NCBI GenBank assembly: GCA_963801015.1
Contig: CAWDCV010000002.1
Location: 21,867 to 85,866, forward strand
Direction: 5' to 3'
Origin: an uncultured Actinomycetota bacterium
GTDB lineage: Bacteria; Actinomycetota; Actinomycetes; CAWDCV01
DNA: 64,000 nt
Part shown: positions 1 to 10,853 of the stretch, in pieces
Numbering within the stretch: position 1 is the stretch's first letter
Layout: each line of letters starts with the position of its first letter
Made by a program: the position numbers and the translations under genes
Notes under the pieces: generated by a model
What the model was told of the DNA's origin: nothing
Seen by the model: the letters and a program-made list of their open reading frames with translations, nothing else
The model's database searches: none

Positions 1-426
1 CTGGCGACCCGTCGCTGCCTCGCTGGTGGAGAGCTGGTCGGCGTAGAACTCCGTCGCCACCCGGTGAGCCTCCACCAGGCGGGTGCGCTGGCCCTGCTGG
101 CGGCCCGGCCGGACACCGCCCTCCTCGTAGCGCAGCTGCACCCCGGCCCGCTCCGCCAGCCGCTCGACGGCCTCGGCGAACGACAGGTGATCGAGCGACG
201 TGACGTAGGTGATGACGTCGCCGCCGGCGCCGCAGCCGAAGCAGTGGTAGTAGCCGCGCGCCGGAGTGACGTGAAAGGACGGGCTCTTCTCGTCGTGGAA
301 CGGGCACAGGCCCTTGAGCGACCCGCCGCCGGCGTTGCGCAGCGTCACTGTCTCGCCGACGATCTCAGCGATGTTGGTGCGTTCCCGGACCAGCGCGATG
401 TCCTCGTCGCGGATCCGGCCTGCCAC
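1..426 (-). CDS. dnaG: DNA primase DnaG, N-terminal portion (gene runs off the window start)
   Basis: Minus-strand translation from GTG at 426 gives VAGRIRDEDIALVRERTNIAEIVGE...SLKGLCPFHDEKSPSFHV...YYHCFGCGAGGDVI, the DnaG CHC2 zinc-ribbon signature. It is absent from the ORF track because no stop lies inside the window. Confidence 0.8.
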   Translation of the reverse strand, partial: MAGRIRDEDIALVRERTNIAEIVGETVTLRNAGGGSLKGLCPFHDEKSPSFHVTPARGYYHCFGCGAGGDVITYVTSLDHLSFAEAVERLAERAGVQLRYEEGGVRPGRQQGQRTRLVEAHRVATEFYADQLSTSEAATGRQ

Positions 427-435
427 GCAGGGAGT

Positions 436-1296
436 CTACGGCTGGCGCTGCGGGCGCCAATCGTCCCCGCGCGGGATGTGGACAGCCGTGCCGCTCACCC
501 GCACCCGCTCGTCGTCCGCGCGAAGCTCCACCAGCAGCGTGCTCGGCCGGCCCATCTCGCCACCCTGGTGGATCGTCACCGTCACGGGCGGCTGGACCAG
601 ACCGAGCTCCCTGAGGTACGCGCCGAAGGCGGCCGCCGCGGCTCCGGTCGCCGGATCCTCGTACACCCCGCCGACCGGAAACGGGTTGCGGGCGTGAAAC
701 ACGCGATCCGTCTCGCGCCAGACCAGGTCGATTGTCGTCCAGTCCCGCTCGAGCATGAGGGTGCGCAGCCGGTCGACGTCGTAGTCGAGGCGGCTGAGTC
801 GGTCGCGCTCTCGTACAGCGAGAATCGGGTGGTACGCCCCCGCGTAGGCGACGCGAGGCGGCATCCTCGGATCGGGATCCCCAGCCGCCCAGCCCAGCGC
901 CGCCAGGAGCTCAGCGAGATCGTCGTCCGCCATGTCATCAACGTGCGGGGAGACCGACGTCAGCGTTGCTGTCACGAGGCCGTCGTCCTGTCGGGAGACG
1001 TCGACGGCGACATCGCCGCTCCGCGTTGCGAACAACCATTCGCCTGCGCCGAGCAGCACGCCGGAGGCGATCGTGGCATGCCCGCAGAACGGCACCTCCG
1101 CGAGCGGGCTGAAGTAGCGCACGTCGTAGCTGCCGTTGCCCGCATCGACGAGGAACGCCGTCTCCGAGTACCCCACGTCCGCTGCGATCTGCAGCATCTC
1201 GCGGTCCGACAAGCCGCGCGCATCTGGCACGACGCCCGCCGGATTGCCGCCCCCCGGATCGGCGCTAAAGGCAGCCAGGCGATGCACCTCATTCAT
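436..1296 (-). CDS. PhzF-family isomerase (phenazine-biosynthesis-like, DAP-epimerase fold)
   Basis: 286 aa ORF. The N-terminus [16 protein letters not shown]...YSETAFLV matches the PhzF/YddE family pattern. Confidence 0.75.
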   Translation of the reverse strand: MNEVHRLAAFSADPGGGNPAGVVPDARGLSDREMLQIAADVGYSETAFLVDAGNGSYDVRYFSPLAEVPFCGHATIASGVLLGAGEWLFATRSGDVAVDVSRQDDGLVTATLTSVSPHVDDMADDDLAELLAALGWAAGDPDPRMPPRVAYAGAYHPILAVRERDRLSRLDYDVDRLRTLMLERDWTTIDLVWRETDRVFHARNPFPVGGVYEDPATGAAAAAFGAYLRELGLVQPPVTVTIHQGGEMGRPSTLLVELRADDERVRVSGTAVHIPRGDDWRPQRQP

Positions 1297-2522
1297 GCCG
1301 AGAGCCTCCCATGCAGTGATAGCGCGGCCGGGTCGGTGAGCGACGCCACGTGGTCGACGACGACACGCAGGCGGGCCGCATCATCGACTGCCTGGACGAA
1401 GGGCGGCCGGAGAGCGACGTCGAGCGTGTCCGGCGCCCCATCGAGGACGAGAGCGACCAGCTCGGCAACGAGCTCCCGCTGTGCGGCCTGCAGCGTGGCG
1501 GCTCCCTCGCGGGCCATGACGAAGTGCGCCGTCACCGCTTTGAGCACGTCGCATTCCAGCCGTACGTGGCGCGGCACGATGAGATCGGCGTCGTAGCGGC
1601 GCAGCGGCATCGGTCCGTACGTGGCTCGCGTGGCGTCCTCCGCGGTCTGGCAGAAGCGGCCGATCAGCTGGCTTGTCGTGTCCTTGAGTCGTGCGAGCGA
1701 GCGCTGCGAACCGTCGTACGCGGTTGGCCAGTACGACAGGGAGATCAGCCGACCCAGCGCGGCGTCGAGCTCGTCCAGCGAGGCGTCCGAGTAGTCACGC
1801 GCGGCGACCATGAGCAGCGCGCATCGCTCGTCGGGGTCGTCCATCCGCTTCGGCGTGACCAGCCCTGCGTGCACGCCATCCTCGAAATCGTGCACCGAGT
1901 ACGCGACATCGTCGGCCCAGTCCATGACCTGCGCCTCGATGCAGCGGTGGCCGTCCGGAGCGCCGTCTCGAAGCCAGCCGAAGACGTCGAGGTCGTCGGC
2001 GTAGACGCCGTACTTGCGGGGATCGACGTCCGCTCCCCACGGGTACTTGGTCGCACCGTCGAGCGAAGCTCGGGTGAGGTTGAGCCCGACACTGCGCATC
2101 GGTCCCTGGTCGCCGTCGGAGAACGTCTTCGCCTCTAGGCGAGTGAGGATGCGCAGGCTCTGCGCATTCCCCTCGAACCCGCCGCAGGGCCGGGCGACCT
2201 CGTCGAGCGCCATCTCGCCGTTGTGCCCGAACGGCGGATGTCCGAGGTCGTGGGCGAGGCAGGCCGTCTCGACCACGTCGGGGTCGCAGCCGAGTGCCTG
2301 GCCGAGCTCGCGGCCGACCTGCGCGCATTCCAGCGAGTGCGTCAGCCGGGTTCGCGGGAAGTCGCTCTCCCAGGGCGCGACGACCTGGGTCTTCGCGGCC
2401 AGGCGGCGCAGCGCCGAGCTGTGCAGCACTCGCGCACGGTCTCGCTCGAACGCGGTTCGGCCGGCCCGCTTCGGCGGCTCCGCCACCCAGCGTTGCTGCG
2501 CCGACTCGTCGTAACCGTTCAT
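1293..2522 (-). CDS. dgt: dGTP triphosphohydrolase-like HD-domain protein
   Basis: 409 aa. Contains an HD motif ([11 protein letters not shown]) and a [21 protein letters not shown]-terminus. The dgt-dnaG neighbourhood is conserved. Confidence 0.85.
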   Translation of the reverse strand: MNGYDESAQQRWVAEPPKRAGRTAFERDRARVLHSSALRRLAAKTQVVAPWESDFPRTRLTHSLECAQVGRELGQALGCDPDVVETACLAHDLGHPPFGHNGEMALDEVARPCGGFEGNAQSLRILTRLEAKTFSDGDQGPMRSVGLNLTRASLDGATKYPWGADVDPRKYGVYADDLDVFGWLRDGAPDGHRCIEAQVMDWADDVAYSVHDFEDGVHAGLVTPKRMDDPDERCALLMVAARDYSDASLDELDAALGRLISLSYWPTAYDGSQRSLARLKDTTSQLIGRFCQTAEDATRATYGPMPLRRYDADLIVPRHVRLECDVLKAVTAHFVMAREGAATLQAAQRELVAELVALVLDGAPDTLDVALRPPFVQAVDDAARLRVVVDHVASLTDPAALSLHGRLSA

Positions 2523-2530
2523 GAGGTCAT

Positions 2531-3184
2531 TTAGGGCTGCGAGGAGCCGCCCAATTCGTAGTAGATGTAGGCGACCGTCTCTCGCGCGATGTAGCGCGCC
2601 TGCACCTCACGTGTCTGCACCGCAGGCCCACTGCGTGTCGGCGACGTCACCGCGTCCATTCCGACGTCCCGAGCGATCGCGCGCGACCGGAACGAGTGCC
2701 ACGGATCGCTGACGATGACCGCGGTCTGCCAGCCCTGCTGCTCGAACACGGCTTCTGCCGCCTCCAGACTGGTCACGGTGTCGCGTCCCTCGCCGACCGC
2801 GACGACGGCGTCGGGGGGCACGCCCTCGGCGATCAGCCAATTGCGCCCCGCTTCGCCCTCGGTGTAGCGGTCGTCGGGCTGCCTGCCCCCCGTTGTGACG
2901 ATGCGCGGGGCCACGCCCTGCTCGTACAGGGCGCGCGCATGGTTCAGCCGGTTGCGGAAGATCGACGACGGTGTTCCGTCCAGCTGGCTAGCACCGAGGA
3001 CCACGATGGCGTCGGACGGACGGCGATCGTCGCTGCGTGCGGTCCACCAGATGCGCACCGCGACCGTACCCACGAACAGCACCACGACCACGACGACCAG
3101 AGCGATCAGGCGCGCGATCAGACCGCTGAGAGACGGTCGTCGCCGGCCGACCGCGGCGCCCGGGCGGGTGCCGCTCGTCGTCAT
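2531..3184 (-). CDS. YdcF/ElyC (DUF218) family membrane-anchored protein
   Basis: The C-terminal 217 aa of the 303-aa ORF. Start set at the MTTSG.. Met so it does not overlap ppdK. Has a TM segment [16 protein letters not shown] followed by a DUF218-like region (VVLGASQ...VTTGG). Confidence 0.6.
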   Translation of the reverse strand: MTTSGTRPGAAVGRRRPSLSGLIARLIALVVVVVVLFVGTVAVRIWWTARSDDRRPSDAIVVLGASQLDGTPSSIFRNRLNHARALYEQGVAPRIVTTGGRQPDDRYTEGEAGRNWLIAEGVPPDAVVAVGEGRDTVTSLEAAEAVFEQQGWQTAVIVSDPWHSFRSRAIARDVGMDAVTSPTRSGPAVQTREVQARYIARETVAYIYYELGGSSQP

Positions 3185-3239
3185 TGGTCGCGCTCGCCCT
3201 CTCGCTCGTTCCTCGCTCGACGGCTCGGCTGCTCCGATG

Positions 3240-5939
3240 TCACCTGCTGTCGCTACCCGCAGACTCGACTGCGGCGCGCCCCGCTTCCAGCCGTGCCACG
3301 GGGATGCGGAACGGTGAGCAGGAGACGTAGTCGAGGCCCACTTGGTGGAAGAAGTGCACCGAGTCGGGATCGCCGCCGTGCTCACCGCACACCCCGAGCT
3401 TGAGGTCAGGCCGGGTCTCGCGACCCTCGCGGCAGGCCACATCGACGAGGCGTCCCACGCCGTCGCGGTCCAGCGACTCGAAGGGCGAAACGCCGAAGAT
3501 GCCCCGCTCGAGGTACGCGGAGAAGAACGCGGCCTCCACGTCGTCTCGAGAGAAACCCCACGTCGTCTGGGTGAGGTCGTTGGTGCCGAAGGAGAAGAAC
3601 TCCGCGGCCTCCGCGATCTGCCCAGCCGTGAGCGCCGCTCGCGGCAGCTCGATCATCGTGCCGATCAGGTAGTCGATGTCAACACCGGTCTCGGCAGCGA
3701 CGTCGCGCAGCACCTGCTCGGACTCCGTGCGAATGACCTCGAGTTCCTGCACCGCGCCGACGAGCGGGATCATGATCTCGACCCGTGGGTCGCCGCCAGC
3801 CTTCTTTCGCAGCACTGCTGCCTCGGCGATCGCGCGTACCTGCAGGTCGAACAGGCCCGGGATCACCAGGCCGAGCCGTACTCCACGAAGCCCGAGCATC
3901 GGGTTCTGCTCATGCATGCTGTTGACGGCCTGCAGCAGCCGCAAGTCGTTCTCGTGCTCCTCGCCCCGCGACTCGGCCAAGGCAACACGCACGGACAGCT
4001 CGGTGATGTCGGGCAGGAACTCGTGCAGTGGCGGGTCGAGCAAGCGCACCGTTACCGGCAGGCCATCCATCGCTTCGAAGATGCCGACGAAGTCGTCGCG
4101 CTGCATCGGCAGCAATGCCTGCAGCGCCTGCTCACGCTCGTCATCACTGTCGGCGAGGATCAGCCGCTCGACAAACGGACGGCGCTCACCGAGGAACATG
4201 TGCTCGGTACGGCACAGGCCAATGCCCTGGGCGCCGAAGGAGCGGGCGCGTACGGAGTCCTCCGGCGTATCGGAGTTGGCGCGCACGAGCAGCCGGCGCT
4301 TCGCGTCGGCGTGCTGCATCAGGCGATGAACCGACCGGACCAGGTCGGATGAGTCATCGGACTCGGGATCGAGTGAGCCCTCGAAGTACTCCACGATCTG
4401 CGACGGCATGACGGGCACCTCGCCGAGGTAGACCACGCCGCTGGTGCCATCGATGGAGATGACGTCGCCCTCCTCGACGACGACGTCGCCGGGTGCGGTG
4501 AAGCGACGTCGCTTCGTGTCGACGTCGAGCTCCTCGGCGCCGCAGACGCATGTCTTGCCCATGCCGCGTGCAACGACTGCAGCATGCGACGTCTTGCCGC
4601 CGCGGCTGGTGAGGATGCCCTCGGCGGCGATCATGCCGTCGAGGTCGTCCGGGTTGGTCTCGCGCCGGACGAGGATGACCTTCTCACCGCTGCGCGACCA
4701 CTTGACCGCGGTGTAGGAGTCGAAGACGGCCTTGCCGACCGCAGCACCTGGCGACGCATTCATGCCCTTGGCGATGCGGTTCGTGTCGCCACTCTTCTCG
4801 TCGAAGCGTGGGAACATCAGCTGCGAGAGCTGGGCACCGTTGACGCGCTGCAGCGCCTCGTCCATGTCGATGAGGCCCTGGTCGACAAGCTGCGTCGCGA
4901 TACGGAACGCGGCCGCCGCAGTGCGCTTGCCGATGCGCGTCTGCAGCATCCACAGCTTGTTGCGCTCGATGGTGAACTCGATGTCGCACAGGTCGCGGTA
5001 GTGGTTCTCCAGCGTCTGCATGATCTGCATGAGTTCGGCGTACGCCGGGGCGTCGATGTCGTCGAGATCCTGCAGCGGCACCGTGTTGCGAATGCCGGCG
5101 ACAACGTCCTCACCCTGCGCGTTCTGCAGGTAGTCGCCGTAGACACCCTGCTGGCCGGAGCCGGGATCGCGGGTGAACGCGACGCCCGTACCAGAGTCCA
5201 TACCGAGATTGCCAAACACCATGGCGACGACGTTGACGGCCGTACCGAGGTCGGCGGGGATGCGCTCCTGCCGCCGGTAGAGCACCGCGCGGTCGCCGTT
5301 CCAGGAGTCGAACACGGCGCGGATCGCGAGCTCCATCTGCTCGCGCGGGTCCTGCGGGAAGTCGCGTCCGGTGTGCTCCTTGACGATGCCCTTGAATGTG
5401 TCGACAAGTTCCTGCAGGGCACTCGCGTCCAGGTCGAGGTCACTGTCCGTGCCGCGTGCCTCCTTGGCCGCCTCCAGCGCCTCCTCGAAGGCCTCGCCGT
5501 CGACGCCGAGGACCGTCTTGCCGAACATCTGCAGCAGCCGTCGGTATGAGTCCCAGGCGAACCGCTCCTCCCCGGCCTGCTTGGCGAGGCCCTGTACGGA
5601 TGCGTCGTTGAGACCGATATTGAGGACGGTGTCCATCATTCCCGGCATCGAGAACTTCGCGCCGGAGCGTACCGACACAAGGAGCGGGTCGTCGGCGTCG
5701 CCGAGCTGCTTGTCCATCGACTCCTCGAGGCTGGCGAGGTGGCTCGCCACCTCTTCGCGCAGCTCGGCCGGCTCATCGCCGGAGTCGAGGTAGACCTTGC
5801 ACGCTTCGGTCGTGATGGTGAAGCCGGGTGGTACGGGCAGACCGAGGTTGGTCATCTCGGCAAGATTGGCTCCCTTGCCGCCCAGCAGGTCCTTCAGGTC
5901 TTTGTTGCCCTCGGTGAAGTCATAGACGTACTTCGGCAC
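3240..5939 (-). CDS. ppdK: pyruvate, phosphate dikinase
   Basis: Long ORF with PKYVYDFTEGNKDLKDLLGGKGANLAEMTNLGLPVPPGFTITTEAC N-terminus and a PEP-utilizing C-terminus. Start moved to GTG at 5939, preceded by GAGGGAG. Confidence 0.9.
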   Translation of the reverse strand: MPKYVYDFTEGNKDLKDLLGGKGANLAEMTNLGLPVPPGFTITTEACKVYLDSGDEPAELREEVASHLASLEESMDKQLGDADDPLLVSVRSGAKFSMPGMMDTVLNIGLNDASVQGLAKQAGEERFAWDSYRRLLQMFGKTVLGVDGEAFEEALEAAKEARGTDSDLDLDASALQELVDTFKGIVKEHTGRDFPQDPREQMELAIRAVFDSWNGDRAVLYRRQERIPADLGTAVNVVAMVFGNLGMDSGTGVAFTRDPGSGQQGVYGDYLQNAQGEDVVAGIRNTVPLQDLDDIDAPAYAELMQIMQTLENHYRDLCDIEFTIERNKLWMLQTRIGKRTAAAAFRIATQLVDQGLIDMDEALQRVNGAQLSQLMFPRFDEKSGDTNRIAKGMNASPGAAVGKAVFDSYTAVKWSRSGEKVILVRRETNPDDLDGMIAAEGILTSRGGKTSHAAVVARGMGKTCVCGAEELDVDTKRRRFTAPGDVVVEEGDVISIDGTSGVVYLGEVPVMPSQIVEYFEGSLDPESDDSSDLVRSVHRLMQHADAKRRLLVRANSDTPEDSVRARSFGAQGIGLCRTEHMFLGERRPFVERLILADSDDEREQALQALLPMQRDDFVGIFEAMDGLPVTVRLLDPPLHEFLPDITELSVRVALAESRGEEHENDLRLLQAVNSMHEQNPMLGLRGVRLGLVIPGLFDLQVRAIAEAAVLRKKAGGDPRVEIMIPLVGAVQELEVIRTESEQVLRDVAAETGVDIDYLIGTMIELPRAALTAGQIAEAAEFFSFGTNDLTQTTWGFSRDDVEAAFFSAYLERGIFGVSPFESLDRDGVGRLVDVACREGRETRPDLKLGVCGEHGGDPDSVHFFHQVGLDYVSCSPFRIPVARLEAGRAAVESAGSDSR

Positions 5940-5966
5940 GGAAACTCCCTCGATCCCCGGACGGCG

Positions 5967-5990
5967 CCTGTGGCCTCGTGAGGCCACAGG
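5967..5990. terminator. perfect 11-bp-stem hairpin (CCTGTGGCCTC gtg GAGGCCACAGG) between the methyltransferase gene and ppdK
   Basis: Inverted repeat read directly from the sequence. No U-tract follows it. It may act as a terminator for the upstream minus-strand gene. Confidence 0.35.
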
Positions 5991-6051
5991 TATGGCGCGA
6001 GCCTACCGGCCGGGGTCGAACCGCCTGACGGGATTGGTGGGCGCCCGCCAG

Positions 6052-6762
6052 CTACTCACTAATGCGCGCTGCCCCCACCAGGGAGGCTGCGCAGATCGGA
6101 ATCGCGGGCAACCGCACGTCGTGGACACCATCAGCGTCGAAGCCGGCTGCGACGACGTCCGCGCGCAGGTCGCGAGTCAGATGGCAGCCGGCAGCAAGGT
6201 GCGGCCAAACCGGGTCGAGCAGCTGCTGCACTCGACGGGTACGAGTGTCGCGCGCGGCTCCAACGTGTTCGAGGAGCAGCAGCTGGCCGTTTGGTCGCAG
6301 CACGCGCCGAAACTCTCTGAGGGACCGCTGTACGTCGTCGACGCTGCACAGCACAAAGGCGCAGAGAACGGCGTCGACGGAGTCATCGCTCAGGGGTAGC
6401 TGTTCGGCGACGCCTTGCAGCGCCAGCGCGGGCATCGTGCGCTGTGCCGTCTCGACCCGATGCCGTGCCTTGCGCAGCATCGCCGCGCTCGGATCGAGGG
6501 CGATGACGCTGTCGACCGCGTGCGGCAGGTGCTCGAGGTCGTACCCAGGACCGAGTCCGATCACCAGGAGGCGTCCGCGCGCGGAGTTGAGCGTCGATGT
6601 TCGCAGCTCGCCGACGACCGTGCGTTCTCCCTCGCGCGCAAGGAAGGAATACAGCGCGGCGAACACCCGATGGTCACGCCGGCGTACTCGCCTATCGGCT
6701 GCTGACCTTTGCGACACCTTGCTCGCTTTCGTGAACTTCGAGCGTCTTTCGTCGTCGCTCAA
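6052..6762 (-). CDS. class I SAM-dependent methyltransferase
   Basis: LVIGLGPGYDLEHL motif I and PNGQLLLLEH post-motif II, consistent with a Methyltransf_11/25 domain. Confidence 0.7.
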   Translation of the reverse strand: MSDDERRSKFTKASKVSQRSAADRRVRRRDHRVFAALYSFLAREGERTVVGELRTSTLNSARGRLLVIGLGPGYDLEHLPHAVDSVIALDPSAAMLRKARHRVETAQRTMPALALQGVAEQLPLSDDSVDAVLCAFVLCSVDDVQRSLREFRRVLRPNGQLLLLEHVGAARDTRTRRVQQLLDPVWPHLAAGCHLTRDLRADVVAAGFDADGVHDVRLPAIPICAASLVGAARISE

Positions 6763-6808
6763 AGTTCACGCCACCACTCTAAGTTGCCGATTGGCCTCGA
6801 AGACGCCG

Positions 6809-8191
6809 CTAGCAGGGGCCGACACGGGCGTTGAGCCAGCCCGGCACCGCGTCGATGCCGACGCGTTCCTGTGCCATGGTGTCGCGCTCCCGGATCGTCA
6901 CTGCACCGTCGTCGAGGGTGTCGAAGTCGACCGTGACGCAGTACGGCGTTCCGATCTCATCCTGCCGACGGTATCGACGCCCGATCGCGCCCGCGTCGTC
7001 GAACTCGACGTTCCAGTTGCGCCGCAGCACCGCCGCCAAGTCGCGCGCCTTCGGCGACAGGTCGGCGTTGCGCGACAGCGGCAGCACCGCCACCTTGACA
7101 GGGGCGAGCCGAGGGTCGAGACGCAGCACCGTTCGCTTTTCCAGCACGCCCTTGGCGTTGGGCGCCTCGTCTTCGGCGTACGCGTCGAGGAGGAACGCCA
7201 GCACCGCACGGGTCAAGCCGGCTGCCGGCTCGATGACGTAGGGCACCCAGCGTTCGCCTTTGTCCTGGTCGAAGTAGGACAGGTCGACGTCGGCGTGCTT
7301 GCCGTGGGTCGTCAGGTCGAAGTCGGTGCGGTTGGCGATGCCTTCGAGCTCGGCGAACTCGGTGCCCCCGAAGCGGAAGCGATACTCGATGTCAACGGTG
7401 CGCTTCGAGTAGTGCGACAGTTTCTCCTGCGGATGCTCGTAGAACCGCAGGTTCTCCTCGCGTAGCCCCAGCCCGAGGTACCAGTTCCACCGCTCACGCA
7501 GCCAGTACTCGTGCCAGTCCTCGTCAGTGCCGGGCTCGACGAAGAACTCCATCTCCATTTGTTCGAACTCGCGCGTGCGGAAGATGAAGTTGCCGGGCGT
7601 GATCTCGTTGCGGAACGACTTGCCGACCTGTCCGATGCCGAACGGCACCTTCCTGCGCGCCGACTGCATGACGTTCATGAAGTTGACAAAGATGCCCTGC
7701 GCCGTCTCGGGTCGCAGGTACGCGAGGCCAGAGTCATCCTCGACCGGCCCGAGGTAGGTCTTCAGCAGTCCGTTGAACATGCGCGGCTCGGTAAAGGCGC
7801 CGCGGGTGCCGCAGTTGGGGCAGCTGATGTCAGCGAGACCACGTGCCGGCGGTCGGCTGTGCTTGGCTTCGTACGCCTCCTCGAGCTGATCGGCGCGGAA
7901 TCGGTGGTGGCACGACAGGCACTCTGTCAACGGATCGACGAACGCATCGACGTGGCCCGACGCGACCCACACATCGGGCGCCAGGATCACCGCCGAGTCG
8001 ATGCCAACGATGTCGTCGCGGCCCTGCACCATGGCCTTCCACCACTGCCGCTTGACGTTCTCCTTGAGCTCGACGCCGAGCGGTCCGTAGTCCCACGCAG
8101 AGCGTTGCCCGCCGTAGATCTCGCTGGACGGGTAGACGAAGCCCCGCCGCTTGCTCAGGTTGACCAGAGTTTCGATGCGATCGGCGGGCAC
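6809..8191 (-). CDS. glyQS: glycine--tRNA ligase (dimeric class II)
   Basis: 460 aa with N-terminus [47 protein letters not shown]. Confidence 0.9.
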   Translation of the reverse strand: MPADRIETLVNLSKRRGFVYPSSEIYGGQRSAWDYGPLGVELKENVKRQWWKAMVQGRDDIVGIDSAVILAPDVWVASGHVDAFVDPLTECLSCHHRFRADQLEEAYEAKHSRPPARGLADISCPNCGTRGAFTEPRMFNGLLKTYLGPVEDDSGLAYLRPETAQGIFVNFMNVMQSARRKVPFGIGQVGKSFRNEITPGNFIFRTREFEQMEMEFFVEPGTDEDWHEYWLRERWNWYLGLGLREENLRFYEHPQEKLSHYSKRTVDIEYRFRFGGTEFAELEGIANRTDFDLTTHGKHADVDLSYFDQDKGERWVPYVIEPAAGLTRAVLAFLLDAYAEDEAPNAKGVLEKRTVLRLDPRLAPVKVAVLPLSRNADLSPKARDLAAVLRRNWNVEFDDAGAIGRRYRRQDEIGTPYCVTVDFDTLDDGAVTIRERDTMAQERVGIDAVPGWLNARVGPC

Positions 8192-8250
8192 GATGTCTCC
8201 ATCCGGCTGGCGGCAGGCGAGAAGAGTGAGAACGCAAGCGAGTTGCTAGG

Positions 8251-8589
8251 TTACCGGGCGAGCTTCCGCCCACAGGGCCCGGTGTCGACGGGCCGAGGTC
8301 TGGCAGCCTGCACGTCGAGAACCTCGTACGCTCCGGGTTCGTCGATCGCCTGCACGGTCAAGGGCATCAGGGTGGTTCGCACGTCGAACGCGGACAGTGC
8401 ACGGCGGTACGTGCCCGCGCCATCCCACCGCGTCGCCATCACCCAAGCGGTGGGCTGATCGGCAGCACGTCCGATGGTGCCGCTGCGATAGCCGGCTTGC
8501 GCGGCCAACATGCCGAGAGCACGCTTGGCCTGCGCGAGGAACGCATCGCCATCCTCGACGGGGACATCGAAGCGCGTGACGACGAGCAT
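8251..8589 (-). CDS. small ABM-like (dimeric alpha+beta barrel) protein
   Basis: Only the last 112 codons of the 336-aa ORF look real. There is a GGAGG 5 nt before the ATG at 8589. Sequence MLVVTRFDVPVEDGDAFLAQAKRAL...WVMATRWDGAGTYRRAL is ABM-like. Confidence 0.5.
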   Translation of the reverse strand: MLVVTRFDVPVEDGDAFLAQAKRALGMLAAQAGYRSGTIGRAADQPTAWVMATRWDGAGTYRRALSAFDVRTTLMPLTVQAIDEPGAYEVLDVQAARPRPVDTGPCGRKLAR

Positions 8590-8839
8590 GCCGGCCTCCA
8601 CGAGTCGTATGTTCCTCCACGGTAGGGCGAATCGACGAACGGAGGTCTCGGTGGCAACCGACAACCGGCGCCCCTCCTCGCGCAAGCCCACGCGACGACG
8701 AGCGGTGCGCCGCACCGACGCGCCGCCCCGGCCGGCCGGATCGGACCGGTCAGGCACCCGTCGGCCGATCCCGCCGGTGCAGACCCGCAGAACCACCCGT
8801 GGGCGATTCGAGGCCCTCAGCGCCCGACCCCTGGTCGTC

Positions 8840-9067
8840 ATGAGCAGGCTGCCGCGATGGCTGGTACCCGTCGTCCTCGCCATCCTGCTCGTTGCTGGGT
8901 TGGCGATCTCTGGACCGCTGGGCGCCGTCCTGCTGGTCGTTCTCGGCCTGTTTCTCGGCTGGCTGGTGTTCGTTTCGTGGCCGGTGCTTCCGGCGACGAC
9001 CCGCATCATTCGGCTCGTGGTGGTCGTGGGGATTCTCGGAGTCGCCGTGCTGCAGGTCACCCGATGA
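8840..9067 (+). CDS. small two-TM membrane protein
   Basis: 75 aa. Strongly hydrophobic: MSRLPRWLVPVVLAILLVAGLAISGPL.... Its stop overlaps the next start (ATGA). Confidence 0.4.
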   Translation: MSRLPRWLVPVVLAILLVAGLAISGPLGAVLLVVLGLFLGWLVFVSWPVLPATTRIIRLVVVVGILGVAVLQVTR

Positions 9068-9861
9068 GCTTTCGCGTCGGCAGCCGCGAACGCGAGTTCG
9101 CCATGCCCGGCGGCGTCGCCCACCGGGGGCAGGTGGTGCGCGTCGGCGACACGGTTCGGCGCCCGCAGAACCCAGGTAGCCGTGCCATCCACGCCCTGCT
9201 CGAGTATCTGCACGACGCCGGCTTCGACGGCGCGCCGCGCTATCTCGGCGACGACGAGCATGGCCGTGAGGTGCTGTCATATGTGCAGGGAGAGGTGCCG
9301 CGAACGCCGTTCCCGGCGTGGGCATTGACGGCGTCGGCGCTGACAAGCGTCGCCCGGCTGCTACGCCGCTATCACGAGGCGGTCGCCGGTTTTCCGCTGT
9401 ACGGGCCATGGGACACCGTCGCCCCTGCAGAGTTCGGGCACGACATCGTCAGTCACAACGACCCCAACCTCGACAACGTGGTGTTCCGCGACGGTGAGGC
9501 GGTCGCCCTCATCGACTTCGACTGGGCCTGCCCCGGCTCGGCGCTGTGGGACGTCGCGCTGGCCGCGCGACTATGGACGCCACTGCGGGCTCCCGAAGAC
9601 AGCGACGACCTGCGCCGAGGCTCTGAGTTCGTGCGGTTCCGCGCATTCGTGGACGCGTACGGATCCCCGGCCATGGACCCGGAACTGCTCGTTCGCGCGG
9701 TCGTCCTGTGCAACGGATGGGCGTACGACATCGTCCGGGCGGGCGCCGAGAGCGGCCACGTCGGCTACAAGGACTTCTGGGAAGTGGCTCGGCATCGCAG
9801 CAGCCGCACCGAGCAATGGCTGCACCGAAACGAGCAGGCGTTGCTGGCTGCCCTGCAGTAA
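9064..9861 (+). CDS. aminoglycoside phosphotransferase (APH) family kinase
   Basis: Contains IVSHNDPNLDNVVF and ALIDFDWACPG (Brenner and DFG-like motifs). Start set at the ATG overlapping the upstream stop. Confidence 0.7.
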   Translation: MSFRVGSREREFAMPGGVAHRGQVVRVGDTVRRPQNPGSRAIHALLEYLHDAGFDGAPRYLGDDEHGREVLSYVQGEVPRTPFPAWALTASALTSVARLLRRYHEAVAGFPLYGPWDTVAPAEFGHDIVSHNDPNLDNVVFRDGEAVALIDFDWACPGSALWDVALAARLWTPLRAPEDSDDLRRGSEFVRFRAFVDAYGSPAMDPELLVRAVVLCNGWAYDIVRAGAESGHVGYKDFWEVARHRSSRTEQWLHRNEQALLAALQ

Positions 9862-9870
9862 GGGGGCGGG

Positions 9871-10839
9871 CTAGGTCGAGCCGTCGAGAAGTTGTTTAGC
9901 GAGCGCGGTGTGCGTCACCAGGCCGGTGACGATGCCGCCGCGCAGCACCGCCTGCACCGCAAGGTCGGTGCCGCCGTACGCGAGCGCGATCACCTCGGGG
10001 ACGGCCACCAGCTGAGCCCCGCTCATCGCGATCACTCGCTGCGTCAGCGGCGTGTCGACGACCTGCCCGTCGTCGCCGATGAACACTCCCGATGCGTCTG
10101 CGCGAACGCCGAGCTCGGTGAGCTCGATGCGCTCGCTGTGCGTTGTGGCGTCGTACAGCGTCGACTGCGGTGGGTCCCAGCAGCCGATGGAGATGACCGC
10201 CTTCGTCAGCGTGTCGAAGTGCTGAATGGCACGCGCGACATCGGGTTGCCGCCGCATCACGTCGGCATCGGCCGCTGTGGCCGCGATGAACGGCGCGTAG
10301 AAGGGATATGACTGGCCACCGGAGACCTTGGCGACAGCGCGAACCAGGTCGACGGAGGTGTCGTCGGTGTCCGCCCGAGACATCGCGCCGTTGAGCTGCA
10401 CGATCGTGCACGGCGGCAGCACCTCGATTGCACGACTCATCACGGCGAGCGCGCGCCCCCAGGCCAGGCCGAGGACATCTCCCGCCACGACCACCTCGGA
10501 GACGAGCTGGGCGGCTGCCCGCCCGACGTGGCCGCGCAGCGACACCAGATCCTCTTCCCCCGGCACGTCGACGACGACCGCGTGGTGGAGGTCGTACCGG
10601 TCGGTGAGCGCCGCCGACAGGTCGAGGTCGATATCGCCGGGAAAGCCGATCTCGATGCGGACCAGCCCCGACGCGCGGGCCTCGTCGAGGAGCCGGGCCA
10701 CCTTGAAGCGACTGAGACCGAACTCCTCGGCGATCTCGAGCTTGGATCGTCCATCCAGGTAGTAGCGCCGAGCGATCGCGGCCGAGCGGATGAGCTCGGC
10801 CGGCCCCGCTGAGTGTCCGGCACTGCGCGCTGGGATCAT
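9871..10839 (-). CDS. SorC/DeoR-family sugar-binding transcriptional regulator
   Basis: N-terminal HTH (RRYYLDGRSKLEIAEEFGLSRFKVARLLDEARASGLVRI) plus a sugar-binding C-domain. Transcribed divergently from the ABC operon. Confidence 0.8.
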   Translation of the reverse strand: MIPARSAGHSAGPAELIRSAAIARRYYLDGRSKLEIAEEFGLSRFKVARLLDEARASGLVRIEIGFPGDIDLDLSAALTDRYDLHHAVVVDVPGEEDLVSLRGHVGRAAAQLVSEVVVAGDVLGLAWGRALAVMSRAIEVLPPCTIVQLNGAMSRADTDDTSVDLVRAVAKVSGGQSYPFYAPFIAATAADADVMRRQPDVARAIQHFDTLTKAVISIGCWDPPQSTLYDATTHSERIELTELGVRADASGVFIGDDGQVVDTPLTQRVIAMSGAQLVAVPEVIALAYGGTDLAVQAVLRGGIVTGLVTHTALAKQLLDGST

Positions 10840-10853
10840 GCGGGCTCTATATC

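Noticed and set aside
64-1596. 510-aa plus-strand ORF
   Set aside because: Antisense to dnaG and phzF, which carry clear family motifs on the minus strand. Typical high-GC shadow ORF.
8590-9261. N-terminal two-thirds of the 336-aa minus-strand ORF
   Set aside because: Low-complexity Arg/Pro/Thr-rich. Overlaps plus-strand membrane-protein and APH genes. Only the last 112 codons have an RBS and a recognisable ABM-like fold.
8750-9409. 219-aa minus-strand ORF and similar Arg-rich ORFs across the window
   Set aside because: Arg/Pro/Ala-rich antisense reading frames are typical of >70% GC DNA and overlap well-supported genes.
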